A stretch of 64,000 nucleotides of DNA, taken from the NCBI GenBank assembly GCA_036785375.1, contig JAWMAR010000203.1:4092001-4156000 (forward strand), written 5' to 3'. The DNA comes from Leucoraja ocellata. Its lineage: Eukaryota. Both the position numbers and the translations under genes were made by a program. Position 1 is the first letter of the stretch. Each line of letters opens with the position of its first letter. Under the pieces are notes generated by a model. The model had not been told where the DNA came from. It saw only the letters and a list, made by a program, of their open reading frames with translations, and did no database searches. Positions 25,347 through 38,192 of this stretch are shown here, piece after piece.

Positions 25347-26098
25347 AGGGCCTGTCCCACTTGGCCGTCATTTACGCGACAGACCGGTAGTGACTGACGC
25401 GTTATGGTCGCGTGCGTCATCACCCGTCATTATGCATCTTCAAATATTTTATCTGCTCTGCAAGTAGAATTAGTCAGCGTATTGACATCATTTGTTAAGT
25501 GAAACATTGATAAAATTATTATTTGCTGGAAAAATTCATTTACTTTTAAACTTTCTGAAATACTCCCAACAAACCATTATTTGTTTTCCATTATTGCAGT
25601 TTGAGGGTTTGAACTCAGCTTCAGAATTAGTTTGCAATTTGTTTTAATGGTGTTAGTGAAATTGTTGGTGGTTATTTAAAAAAACGAATTTGGTTACTAG
25701 TGTCCTTTTAGGGTATAAAATCTGCAATCCTTACCTGGATATTAACTTTTGAAACATCCTCAACTAAGGATGGTTCAAAAATGCTTATTAAGGTGTTACT
25801 CTGAAAGTATTATTCTGAAAGCATTGATGCTTATGGCGTAATTATTTTCTCATTGTGGCCGACTGACGTAAACATGCGTCACCACGCAATACACGTGAGA
25901 CATCGGGACGCAGCGTGCGTACGCGATACGTCATGCAGGTGGCACGCGAGATACCTCTCACAACTCCACATTCCTTCATGCCTCTCCATGCGCCCGTCCC
26001 GCGCTACCCACACGCCACCCGTGCATCACAACGCGTCAACCTATTTTACATATGATGCGTAAATGAGGCGCAAATGACGGTCAAGTGGGACATGGCCT
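25347..26098. mobile_element. PIF/Harbinger-type MITE about 400 bp upstream of the receptor ATG
   Basis: TIR AGGGCCTGTCCCACTTGGCCGTCATTT / AAATGACGGTCAAGTGGGACATGGCCT, flanked by TTA at 25344-25346 and 26099-26101. Confidence 0.75.
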
Positions 26099-26630
26099 TT
26101 ACTGTTCAATCTACACTGCGACCGGGTCCTGCAGGCTGCAACCCATGGAATTCACTTAGAACATGAGCTTAGTTTGGAAATACAGCATGCAAACAGGCCA
26201 TTCGGCCCATCGAGTTCAGCACAATGGCTCAGCTGGTATAGCTGCTCCCTCACAGCCACAGAGACCCGAGTTTAATCCTGACCTCGGGAGCTGACTGTGT
26301 GGAGTTGGTACATTCTCCCTGTGACCACATGGGTTTTCTCACGTGTGCTCCTGTTTCCTTCCACATCCCAATGACATGTGGGTTTGATTGGACTTTACTG
26401 GCCCTCAGACTATGTTTGATCGGACTTTACTGGCTTTATCTTGTACTAAACGTTATTCCCTTCATCATGTAACTGTACAATGTGAATATCTCGATTGTAA
26501 TCATGTGTAGTCTTTCCGTTGACTGGTTAGCACACAACAAAAGCTTTTCACTATAACTCGGGACACGTGACAATAAACTAAACTCTGTAAATTGACCCGT
26601 GTGTAGCGAGTCGATGAGGCAGAAGCGTCA

Positions 26631-27002
26631 AGCGCCTGTCCCACTTAGGAGACCTAAACAGCAACCTCTAGTGACCTTGCCCGCCACCCAAGGTTTCCAT
26701 GAGGTTTTGGTCGCTCTCCCTAATGGTCAAAAGTGGTTTCCATGTGGTTGAGGCTTCATCTAGGTTGCTGCTATTTTTTCATCATGTTTAAAACCGGCCT
26801 CGACTAAAAATAGTTTGCCGTTATATAAATCGATAATTTTTTTGTCGCAGGTCTAGTTGAAGCTTCATAGTCGAGGGAGGTTTTCAACATATGCGTGGGA
26901 GGTGGTAGGAGGTTGCAGGTCACCTCGACCTTGATTTTTTTTTGGGTGGCGGGCAAGGTCACCCGTGGTTGCTGTTTAGGTCTCCTAAGTGGGACAGGGG
27001 GT
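26631..27002. mobile_element. Harbinger-type MITE with TIRs of about 60 bp
   Basis: CCTGTCCCACTTAGGAGACCTAAACAGCAACC...TGACCTTGCCCGCCACCCAA and its reverse complement at 26942-26998. Same terminal motif as the element at 25347. Confidence 0.8.
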
Positions 27003-28059
27003 TAGTTTCTACGCTGTATCTCGAAACTCCACTACTGTGGATCTACTCAGTTATGTAAACTATTACTGTCTACTCAGTTTTGATCACCTTGCAGAAGGAA
27101 GGGATACGTTAAGCAGGAAAGAATGCAAAGATTTATGAGGATGTTGCCAGGACTCATGGGCCTGAACTTTAGGGAGAGAGTAGACTGGGTGTAACCCGTT
27201 GGGTCCCTGCCACACGGGAGGCCTGATCCGCCAACTCAACCCATTCCCCAACGCAATATTCCACCACTCACCCACAGCCCCCAACTGTGCAGACGCGGCT
27301 CATTTCCCCTCACCCCCAGCACTCCTCCTCAAAGATTATAGAGGAGCAAGATTGACCACTCCTCTGAAATCCAATGGGCTGACGTGTAGTACGTAACGGA
27401 ACGTGATGGCCGCCATTTGTTTATGCCAAACCACGACATCCGGTATGCCTCCCGCTGTGCACTCCGCTCTATCATCCTTGGTGTAATCAGTGTTGTAGGG
27501 AACAGTGTTTGATACAGCGCATCTATCACTTCCCATATTTTAGTTAATTTTATTGTAAATGTTTTCCACATTCCCCCATTTCCCTCCCATCTTTCCTCCC
27601 CAGCCGCCACCTTTGTGTAGTTTCCCTTGCATTGTGTTGTGCAGCTTCCCTTGTATTGCTTTAACAGACACTGTGCACAACATTAAATTAAACTCATATA
27701 TATATTTACCTGTATATGAATGTGTGTTTGTGTGTGCCTGTGTGTGAGAGGCAAGTTCAGGGTCTGTCCCACCAGCATGCGATTGCATGCGTCAAACGTG
27801 GTCGCTTGAAAAATATTTCACTGTCCTTACACCCCGCGCGACAACGGCCTGTCGTCCCGCAGGCGCATTGAGGGCATACGCAGCATCTCGACGGGCGTAC
27901 GCAGCGTCTTGATGTCTAACGCAGCGTCCTGACGGTGTACGCCTAACACGTGGCGTTGTGAGAGAGTAGTTTTTTAAATGTGCTATATAAATAATAGTGA
28001 CAAAATATTTCTCTAGTTTCTTTCTTCAGATTTCATCTAATTTGTTTAGCAACCTTTTT

Positions 28060-28238
28060 NNNNNNNNNNNNNNNNNNNNNNNNNNNNNNNNNNNNNNNNN
28101 NNNNNNNNNNNNNNNNNNNNNNNNNNNNNNNNNNNNNNNNNNNNNNNNNNNNNNNNNNNNNNNNNNNNNNNNNNNNNNNNNNNNNNNNNNNNNNNNNNNN
28201 NNNNNNNNNNNNNNNNNNNNNNNNNNNNNNNNNNNNNN
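28060..28238. other. Assembly gap
   Basis: Run of N. Confidence 1.
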
Positions 28239-28728
28239 ATAAAACATCCATGAACACAATGTCGAAATATTTTTCCATTCTTTCATTCTATATTAGCGTG
28301 ACACAATGTAGTGCATACATACCTACATATTTAAATTCAGTCGATGTTGGTCTTATAATATGGGGATCTTGCTTTTTTTTGAGACATGGATTTTTTAAAC
28401 GTGAATGTCTCATAACGACACATTTGTGGGTCAGCCATATATTGCACCAACCCCCACAATTTCAAATAACTCTAAACGGAACTTTATAAACAAGGAAAAC
28501 ACTTTTTATTTCCGTCATTTATGGTAATATTTACATAATTCACATTATTTTTTGCATGACATATACAGGGGGTTGCTGTGTTTTTAAAGTGATGTAAAAT
28601 TTAACATATTTCAGACAATGATAGCCCCACCCTTTGCATACCCCAAAGAACAAAATTTCCAACTTATATACAACAATAAATAAAACGTCATTTGCACAAT
28701 TTTGTGCGGGTAACAGGAGGTTCTTATA

Positions 28729-29939
28729 CAGGTGCACAACCTTTTATCCGAAAGCCTTGGGACCAGACACTTGTCGGATTTCGGACATTTTCGGATTTCA
28801 GAATGGAAGATTTTTAGCGTAGATTAGGTAGGTAGCGCGGGCGGCTTGAAAAGTCTGGAGCAGCTGCCTCCTCCCCGGAGACTCATTGCATAAATGTTAG
28901 TCAGTTAGTTTGGAGGGATTTTATGTGGTGGTAGGGGTGAAGGGGGAAACTTTAATTCTTAGTCCCCTACCTACCTGGTCGGCGACTCCCAACCTCGCGG
29001 AGCTGGGGGCTCCGTCCGGCCGCGGGCGGCGCCGGTTGTAGCTCCGACCCCGGCAACTCTACCCCTGGCTGCGAGGCTCCAAATCCAGCGCGGCCCGCGG
29101 CCGGACGTCCCAGCTCCGCGAATGTCGGGAGTCGGCGGCGTCGCAGGGATACCAGCGGGGAGCGAGCAATGCCTTACCGGGTCGACGTGCGGCAAGCTCC
29201 GGAGCGCTGTGGCCGCCTTCTTCCAACATTCGCGGAGCGTCGCTGGATTTGGAGCCGCGGAGCTGGGGGCTCCGTCCGGCCGCGGGCGGCGCCGGTTGTA
29301 GCTCCGACCCCGGCAACTCTACCCCTGACTGCGCGGCTCCAAATCCAGCGACGCTCCGCGAACGTTGGGTCGGCGGCCACAGCGCCCGGAGCTTGCCGCA
29401 CGGCGACCCGGTAAGGCATTGCCCGCACCCCGCTGGTGTCCCAGCGCTGCGATGCCGCCGACTCCCGACATTCGCGGAGCTGGGGCGTTCGGCCGTGGGC
29501 CGCGCTGGATTTGGAGCCTCGCAGCCAGGGGTAGAGTTGCCGGGGTCGCAGCTACAACCGGCGCCGCCCGCGGCCCCACCGGCCACAGCGCTGCGGAGCT
29601 TACTGCACGGCAACCCGGTAAGGCATTGACCGCTCCCCGCCTCTCCGACCAGGTAGGGGACTAAGAATTAAAGTTTACCCCTTCACCCCCCCTTCACATA
29701 AAAGCCCTCCAAACTAACTGACTAACATTTAAGCAATGATTTACAGATGTTTAAGCGTCTCCCGGTCTCCAGGGAGGAGGCAGCCGCTACAGTAGTACAG
29801 ACCTGGGTTGACCGTGGGTCGTTTTGGGTCAGGTTTGGCGCCAAACGCGAGCTTTGGTGCGCAGACGACATCTGGAAAAAATGGCCGGTTTTCGGAGCTT
29901 TTCGGTTTCTGGAACACCGGATAAAAGGTTGTGCACCTG
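28729..29939. mobile_element. Non-autonomous TA-flanked TIR transposon (Tc1/mariner-pogo-like) with palindromic GC-rich interior
   Basis: TIR CAGGTGCACAACCTTTTATCCG at both ends with TA at 28727-28728 and 29940-29941. Internal inverted arms at about 28885-28985 and 29645-29740. Confidence 0.85.
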
Positions 29940-31748
29940 TACTTCCTCTTGAGTAAACTGCATTGGGAAGAAAGATGTTTTGGTGTGTTCGGGATGTCAA
30001 ATAGCGTTGGAACTGCATTGCAATTTAGCCTGTTATTGGTCTGGCTGTTGGAAAACTAGTCAAGTTCAGTGTTCAGAACAAAGACGGCAGGTGGTTGACA
30101 AGTACACCATAGTTTGGTGGAGGAGATCTTGTCGACGAGTATTCTGGACCCGCTGTCGACATCTGAAATTACAGAAAATCTCATATAGGATTAACTATGA
30201 AGGAAAAAATGTAGTTATATCTACATATCTGCAGAATGGATGATATATCATTTAAGTGCAATTGTTCAGTTGTGGGGAGAGACCTGTATATTGAAGATGC
30301 ATTTTACCACTAATATATCAATTTACCTTCAATGTAGAAGAGCTTATTTAAAACTTCTAATGTAGACCATTTAAAGTATTTTATTTCTATCCTCTTTTGG
30401 ACCTAAGACACTAGCAGGGCTGCCAACTCTCAGGCAGAGAGAGGGGAGGAAGAGAGAGAAAGGCCCTCTAGTATCTTTGCTCCTCCTCTTCTTCACCCTC
30501 CCTCTTAGGCTGTGGGCCGAGCATCAAAAATGTGTGTAGAAATCGGTTTTCGTGACCCAAGTCACCAAACTATATGAAATTTTCCACAGATTGAGATGAA
30601 ATATAATTGAGAAGGATGACATAACTCGTCATTGCCAAACGTTGCACATTAATTAATTAAACTAATTAGAAAATGAGATCGGGAAAATACGCGTCATCTA
30701 GTGGCCAATGCTCATATTACACCATGGGCAGCCTATTTCCGTGTAATATATATGTATGACGTAAATATGACTGTGATCATATATAATGATGTATAATTAT
30801 CTATCATCATATCTATCTATATATATATATATAAAAAACTCAAATCAGTCCGCCTGCCGCCGTACGGCGTCCGCCGCGCGTTTCTTCCTTTGACGCTCCG
30901 CAACTCCGAAACCGGACGCGGGATCGCCGACGTCTTTTCCATTTCGGTAGAGATTTCGCTTTTCTTTCTAAGTATCCGCTCCTCGTTACATTTCGTCGTG
31001 TTTAAGTACGCTTTTTTAATCAAATCCTACACCCCCCCCCCCCCCCCCCCCGCCACCTCAATATTTCAACAAAAAAAACTGGATTCTGACCCACACAAGC
31101 AGCCTCCTGTGAACGTTCCATCGTGTGATGTCACAATGCCCGATGCTCACAGATGGCCAATCGGAATGGATTCATTTACATATGCCTTTGCAGGAGCCAC
31201 AGCCCCGGTGAACGTTCTATTGTGTGATGTCACAATGCCCAATGCTCAAATACATTGTTGCCATATTGGGACTACAGAGAATAGGCTGTGGGCCGAGGAG
31301 CTTTATTCAGCAGTTTCGTGACCCAAGTCACCAAACTACATGAAATTGTCACATATTGTGTAAAAATATTTATATAAATCACCGCTGAAACTCGATATGA
31401 AGAAGACTTGCACATTTTTATTAAATTAGAGAAAACCGGAAAAATGTCGGGAATTTTATAGTCCAATGAAAGCACGTTTGACATTGAGTTGTCTGCCAGT
31501 TGGCCAATCACGCGCTTTGTTTCAGGCAAGCACACAAAATGGCTGAGGGGGTCACAGATGCCTGTTTTACTGGAGACTCCGATGTGTTGTTCTGTAGAAT
31601 AAATGTCATGGAAACTTGCAGCAGTTTCATTGTATTTAGTGGGAAAAGCATAAAAAAGGCTGAAGAAAGTGCTGCAAAGTGGATTAAAGTGCAAGAAAGC
31701 AAAGTCCCTACTTTTCACTCACTCACTCATTCATTCATGAAATTGAGG

Positions 31749-32134
31749 GCCTAAACTATAACACGGTCAATTAAACATTGTCACTAATGCCAGCCTGTTG
31801 TACAGTAATAAGTCTTTAACAAATAATCTCGAAGCTGCCTGCGAAAACTTGCCGGGAAATAGTGCTCCGATCGCGGAACTTAGGTACTCGCAGTAAATAG
31901 CGATCGATATCCCTCCGTTTTTCTCCCGTTAACAGGGTATGAAAACGAGCAAACGACCGCTACAGACGGCACTATGTAAAGCCCCCCCCCCCCCAACCCC
32001 TGCCCACCCACGGAAATGATCCTCGGCTCCACGATCGCGAATCGGCCGCTTATTAATTGAGACCGCGGCTTCACTTTACCGCTACAACACGCTGGCATTA
32101 GTGACAATGTTTAATTTACTGTAATAGCTTAGAC
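31749..32134. mobile_element. MITE-like insertion with imperfect TIRs of about 55 bp
   Basis: AATTAAACATTGTCACTAATGCCAGC near 31770 and GCTGGCATTAGTGACAATGTTTAATT near 32091. Confidence 0.65.
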
Positions 32135-34303
32135 CCCCCCTCCCCCCCACACTCTTCCCCCTCTCCCTCCTCATTCCCTTACCGTGCACAGTCTCTGTCT
32201 TTAAGAAGGAACTACAGATGCTGGAAAATCGAAGGTAGACATAAAAAAGCTGAATAAAACTCAGCGGCTACGGCAGCATCTATGGAGCGAATTGAATGGT
32301 CACCGTTGGCCAAAACCCGGAAGAAGGCACCCGCTGAGTTTATCCAGCTTTTTTGTTGTTGTACCAACCTCTCTCTCTCTCTCTCTCTGCCCTTCTTTCT
32401 TCTCTCGACTCATGCACGCCCGCTCCAACCCCCTCCCCCCTTCACCTCTCTCCCCCTCTTCTCCCCTTCTCCCTCTCCCTCTCCACCCTCCTCCTCCCCT
32501 TCCTCACATAATATTTTTTGTGGGGGCGGGTCCACATTGTGTGTGTCTGTGGAGGCGGCCCCACATTGTGTGTGTCTGTTTGTGGAGGCGGCCCCACATT
32601 GTGTGTGTCTGTTTGTGGAGGCGGCCACGCGCTCTCCATTCTAGAAGACGCTCATCTGTTTGTGACGACACACGCTCTCCCCCCCCCCCCTTGGTGCAGG
32701 AGGCGCACGCAGCATCTTGAACGCTCAGCGATTGTTTGAATTCTTCAGTAACCGTCGTTCTGTCTTTGCTTGCTTGTGAAGAGAGAAGTCCTGAATTGCA
32801 TTTGTCTGACGATAATAATCAGCTTTATTTTTATTGGATTGAATTTATTTGTTTCTCATTTACCTGATCATTATAAATCTAAAAAAGTGTATTTAATTTA
32901 ATAGATTATTTTTTTTAAATTAACATTTTATTGCATTTCATTGTTATTTTCTTTATTTTTATTACATTGAATTTTCTCATTTAACTGTCCATTATAGATC
33001 TTCAAGAGTGCATTTTATTTTTAACATTAACATTTTATTGTTAAATTCTTTATTTGTTTTTCATTGAATTGAATTATTTCTCACTTAACATTACTTTTTA
33101 ACACTAATAATTTCAACTCCCCTCCCTCCCTCTCTCCTCCCCTTCCCCACCCCCTCTTCCTCCCCCACCTCTCAAAAAACTTTTTTCTAACGTTATATAT
33201 TTCCCGTTTGTAACATCATTACCATCTTGACATTTCTAAATTCTATAGGATTGTCTTTGAAAACTAAAATCATTGTTATTTCACTTTGTCATCGTTGACT
33301 TTTTTTATACAAGATAAGTTGTGGTGTCGGGTGCTTAGTGTCTGTCACGGTTTGTGAAGACGCTCTGATCTGATTGTGGGGGCGCGTGCTTAGTGAAGAG
33401 TGCATTTCATTTAAACGATTAATTTTATAACATTAACATTTGATTGCATTTCATTGTTAAATTCTTTGTTTGTTTTTCATTGAATTGATTTATTTCTCAC
33501 TTAATATTACTACATTTTAACACAAACGTTTAATTTCAAATACTGTTTTAAAAAAAATAAATTTGCTGTCTTTTCATTGACAACTTAGATTCAAAATCAT
33601 TGTTTTTCACTGTCATCGTTGACTTTTTTAATTAAAAAAAATTGTTTAAAATAAACTTTTTTAACGTTAAATTTACCCCATTTGATAAATCTTTAAAATT
33701 CTGAAAATACACAATTCATAACTATTTCAAAAACAGCATTTTCTTGATTTTTGATTGACATTTAAATGCCGTTTTTAAAATAAATTTTTTGTCCTTTCAT
33801 TGACAGCTTAGATTCTAAATCATTGCTTTTTCACTTTGTCAACGTTTAATTTATTTGATTTTTTAAAAATATAGTTTAAAAAAAAACTTTTCTAACATTA
33901 AATTTTCCCCATTTGTTAAATCTTTACAATTTTGAAATTTCTAAATTCTTATCGATTGTCTTTAATTCTTAAAGACAACATTTCATTTCATAGACAGCAT
34001 TTTTTTGGTTTTTAATTGACGTTTAAATTGACAACATATTTAAAAAACATTTCATTGTGATTGATTTCATTCTAGAGGAAAGGCTCATTTTCAAGAAATT
34101 GATCTGTTTTCGTTGACAACTGAGATTTCAAAAACAATTTCTTTGTGATTTATTTCATTTGATCTGAAAGCTACATTTTGAATAAATTCATCTGTCATCA
34201 TTGATAACTGAGAGTGTGTTTGGGCTTTTTTTAATTCGGAAAAATTCCATCTTGAACAACTTAATCCAGTCTTCATTGCCAACTGAGATTCTGTTTTCAA
34301 ATC

Positions 34304-37300
34304 ATGCCAAGAGGAAGGAATAAACATACAGGGCGGTCGTGTGATGAGAAAATGAGACATCGAGAAGTAATGAGGAGGAGAAAAGAACAACAGACTCAGC
34401 AAGAAAGAACACAACTCCGAGGTAATCCAAAAATAAACAAGGAGAGAAGGGTACAACAGACACAGCCAGAAACATCTCACTGTTTCCAAGATAGTCAGGA
34501 TACACAGCGGAGAGAAGTGCACATGAGACGAACCAGGAGAGAAGGGCACAAGAGACACAGCCTGAAACACCTCACTGTCTCCAAGATAGTCAAGATATAC
34601 AGCGGGAGAGAAGTGCACATGAAACGAACCAGGAGAGAAGGGCACAAGAGACACAGCCTGAAACATCTCAGTGTCTACAAGATAGACAGGGGAGACAGCG
34701 GAGAGAAGTGCACATGAGATGCAGCAAAAACAACTCAACGTCTCAGAGAAAAATGTAAGAGGAAGGAGGAGAGAAGGAATAAAGGAGACACAGCCAGAAA
34801 GAACTCAACGTCTCAGAAATAAACGAGAGAGGGAGCAAGAGAGAAGAACTCAAGAGACAGAGCCAGAAAGAAGACAGCGTCTCAGAAATAGACGAGAGAG
34901 GAGCAGGAGAGAAGGACTCGAGAGACAGAGCAAGAAATAAGTCAACGTCTCAGAAATAAACGAGAGAGGGAGCAAGAGAGAAGAACTCAAGAGACAGAGC
35001 CAGAAAGAAGACAACGTCTCAGAAATAGACGAGAGAGGGAGCAGGAGAGAAGGACTCGAGAGACAGAGCAAGAAATAAGTCAACGTCTCAGAAATAAAGG
35101 AGAGAGGGAGCAAGAGAGAAGAACTCAAGAGACAGAGCCAGAAAGAAGACAACGTCTCAGAAATAGACGAGAGAGGGAGCAGGAGAGAAGGACTCGAGAG
35201 ACAGAGCCAGAAATAAGTCAACGTGTCAGAAATAAACGAGAGAGGGAGCAAGAGAGAAGAACTCAAGAGACAGAGCCAGAAAAAAGTCAACGTGTTAGAA
35301 ATAAACGAGAGAGGGAGCAGGAGAGAAGAACTCAAGAGACAGAGCCAGAAAAAGGTCAACGTCTCAGAAATAAACGAGAGAGGGAGCAAGAGAGAAGAAC
35401 TCAAGAGCCAGAGCCAGAAAGAAGACAACGTCTCAGAAATAGACGAGAGAGGAGCAGGAGAGAAGGACTCGAGAGACAGAGCAAGAAATAAGTCAACGTG
35501 TCAGAAATAAATGAGAGAGGGAGCAAGTGAGAAGAACTCAAGAGACAGAGCCAGAAATAAGACAACGTCTCAGAATACACGAGAGAGGGAGCAAGAGAGA
35601 AGGACTCGAGAGACAGAGCAAGAAATAAGTCAACGTGTCAGAAATAAACGAGAGAGGGACCTGGAGAGAAGAACTCAAGAAATGCATCAAGAAACAACTC
35701 CTGTACAGGAGAAGATCTCCCGCAATGGGAGGATTTCAGGGACATCAAGAAGGTCGTTCGTTACAGACTATTACTTCTAATTGGGTTGTGCCCTATAATG
35801 CAGAACTATTGAAGGCTTTCAAATGTCACCTCAACGTCGAAATATGCTGCTCTGTACAGTCAATCAAATACGTCATCAAGTATACCTTGAAGGGATGTGA
35901 TCAGGCAGCTTTTGGAATTACGTAAATGACGAGATTAAACAGTACCAGACTGGCAGATACATTGGTCCTTCAGAGGCAGGGGCATCAGTCCTTGGATTTC
36001 TTACTCATGAGAGACACCCCCCTGTCATTCGACTTGATGTACATCTACCAGACCAACAACAAGTATTTTTTGATGCTGCTCAGCAAGGAATGAATGATGG
36101 AATGCGAGAACCACTTTGACTGAATTTGTTCGATTGAGTTCTGAAGATCCGTTTGCAAGAACACTATTGTACGTTGATGTACCTCGATTTTATACATGGA
36201 GCAGCAATAGATGGCAAAGAAGGAAGGTTGGGAAGAGTGTGGAATACTTCCCAGGTATTTTGAAGTCAACGTTCTGGAAGAATACATGTCATTTCTCCAA
36301 AACAAGGTGACCTCTTCTACATGAGACTGCTTCTGCATCACGTGAAAGGACCAGTGTCTTTCGAGTCCTTGAAGACACATAATGGAGTAATTCTTCCTTC
36401 CTTCAAAGACGTCTGCAGAGAAAGAGGTTTGTTGGAAGCTGACGACATTGGCAACAAACAATGGAAGATGCTGAAATGACAAGACTCCCCAGGGCAATCA
36501 GGGATTTGTTTGTTGTTCTGCTGACAAATACTGACATCAACGATCCTCTACAATTATGGGATCGCTTCAAGAATTGCATGTCTGAGGATTACCTTGAAAG
36601 CGAGCGAAGAAGAAAAAGTGATCAGAATATCACAATAGATGACAGACATCATGATCAGCATCATGATCAGGCTCCTTTTATATTCAGGACAAGCTTGAGA
36701 ATTGCAACACCACAATGGAAAATTTTTCCTTGCCCCGACCAAGAAATGAAAGGATGGACATTGATGGTGAAAATGTTGATTTACTTAATGAATTGAATTA
36801 CAATAGATCAGAACAACAGCGATTTGTTGATGAGAATGAGCCTCTGCTGAATGCTGAGCAGAGAGAAGTTTATGACCATGTGTGCGACTACTTGCAAAGG
36901 GATCTATCTTCAATGATTTTCATTGACTCACCAGGAGGAACAGGAAAAACATTTATCATAAATTTGATCCCCTCCACGGTTAGAGCTCAAGGTCAAATTG
37001 CCATTGCTGTAGCATCGTCTGGTATCGCAGCAACATTAATGCCTGGTGGGAGAACTGCACATTCACGATTCAAGATACCTATCCATGTGACGGAGGATTC
37101 AACGTGCAACATCAACAGCAACTCTAAAACAGGAGATTTCTTCAGGAGAGTGAAGCTCATTGTTTGGGATGAGTGTCCAATGATTAGGAGGGAGTGCTTT
37201 GAAGCGGTGGACAGAACTCTTCAAGATGTATGCCGCAAAAAGGATCATTTTGGCGGAATTCTTACCATTTGTTGTGGTGATTTTAGACAACTCCTTCCTG

Positions 37301-38192
37301 TAGTGAAGATGGGAAGTGATATTGATGTTCAAAACGCCTGCATCAAGACATCGTACTTGTGGCGGACTTTCACAAAGTTTGAATTGAAGAGAAATATGCG
37401 ATTGAGCGAAGGAAAGGGTGAGTATTCTAAATTTTTGTTAGATGTAGGAGAGGACAAGATTGCAAAGAATGAAGACAATGAAATTAACATTCCAGAAGAC
37501 ATGGTTCTCTCAGCAAGAACACTGGATGACTGCATTGATTATATCTATCCAGCATTTGACCACCCTGCAACATTATTCTCTAACAATTGTATCTTGGTTC
37601 CTCACAATGATACGATGAGAAGAATCAATTCTGCGTGTGTCAGACGCTTCCCCTGGAACCATGAGGGAGTACTATTCTTTCAATTCTGTCACTGACGGAA
37701 CAAAATTCAACTCACTTCCCAACGGAATTCCTCGATTCAGTCGAGATCTGTGGATTACCACCACACAAATTGGAGTTGAAGAAAGGATCTCCAATTGTTT
37801 TAATCAGAAACTTGCAACCCCCAAAGCTATGCAATGGAACGAGGTTGATTGTAGAACAGCTACACAATAATCTCATAGTTGCTAGAATCAACATGGGGGC
37901 CTACAAAGAAGAGATTGTTCTAATTCCTAGGATGAAGATCAATTTGTCAGAAGATGAAAACATTCCCATTAGGAGGAGCCAATTCCCTATTCTGTCGAGT
38001 TTGCGATGACAATTCATAAGGCACAAGGAACAAACCATGGAGAAGGTCTTGATATACCTTGAGAAACCAGTATTTCAACATGGCCAACTATATGTAGCTC
38101 TTAGCAGAGGAAAGGTGAAGGAACAAGTAAAAGTGTTCCTGAAGGATGGGACATCAACCAGGAATGTTGTAATTAAACAAATGCTTTGTTGA
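34304..38192 (+). pseudogene. Helitron RepHel (Rep plus Pif1 helicase) pseudogene
   Basis: Rep C-terminal motif WVVPYNAELLKAFKCHLNVEIC...IKYVIKY. Pif1 motifs IDSPGGTGKT, AVASSGIAA, GGRTAHSRFKIP, WDECPM, CGDFRQLLPV and LIRNLQPPKLCNGTRL, then HGQLYVALSR. Multiple frameshifts and stops. The HUH/Y2 catalytic portion appears deleted near 35720-35780. Confidence 0.92.
34737..35690 (+). repeat. Coding tandem repeat, 69-bp unit (23 aa QRLRNKREREQERRTQETEPERR), about 14 copies
   Basis: Unit CAACGTCTCAGAAATAAACGAGAGAGGGAGCAAGAGAGAAGAACTCAAGAGACAGAGCCAGAAAGAAGA with two alternating variants. Confidence 0.9.

Noticed and set aside
27181-27420. Minus-strand Helitron-like 3' end (GGGACCCAACGGGTTACACCCAGTCTA)
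   Set aside because: Resembles the motif near 42060, but the terminus is degenerate and abuts a CR1 scrap, so support is too weak to call.
27997-28286. ORFs spanning N runs (also 50420-50890)
   Set aside because: Artefacts of assembly gaps.
34737-35690. CRISPR-like array
   Set aside because: Contiguous 69-bp tandem units without unique spacers, in eukaryotic DNA, within the Helitron ORF.
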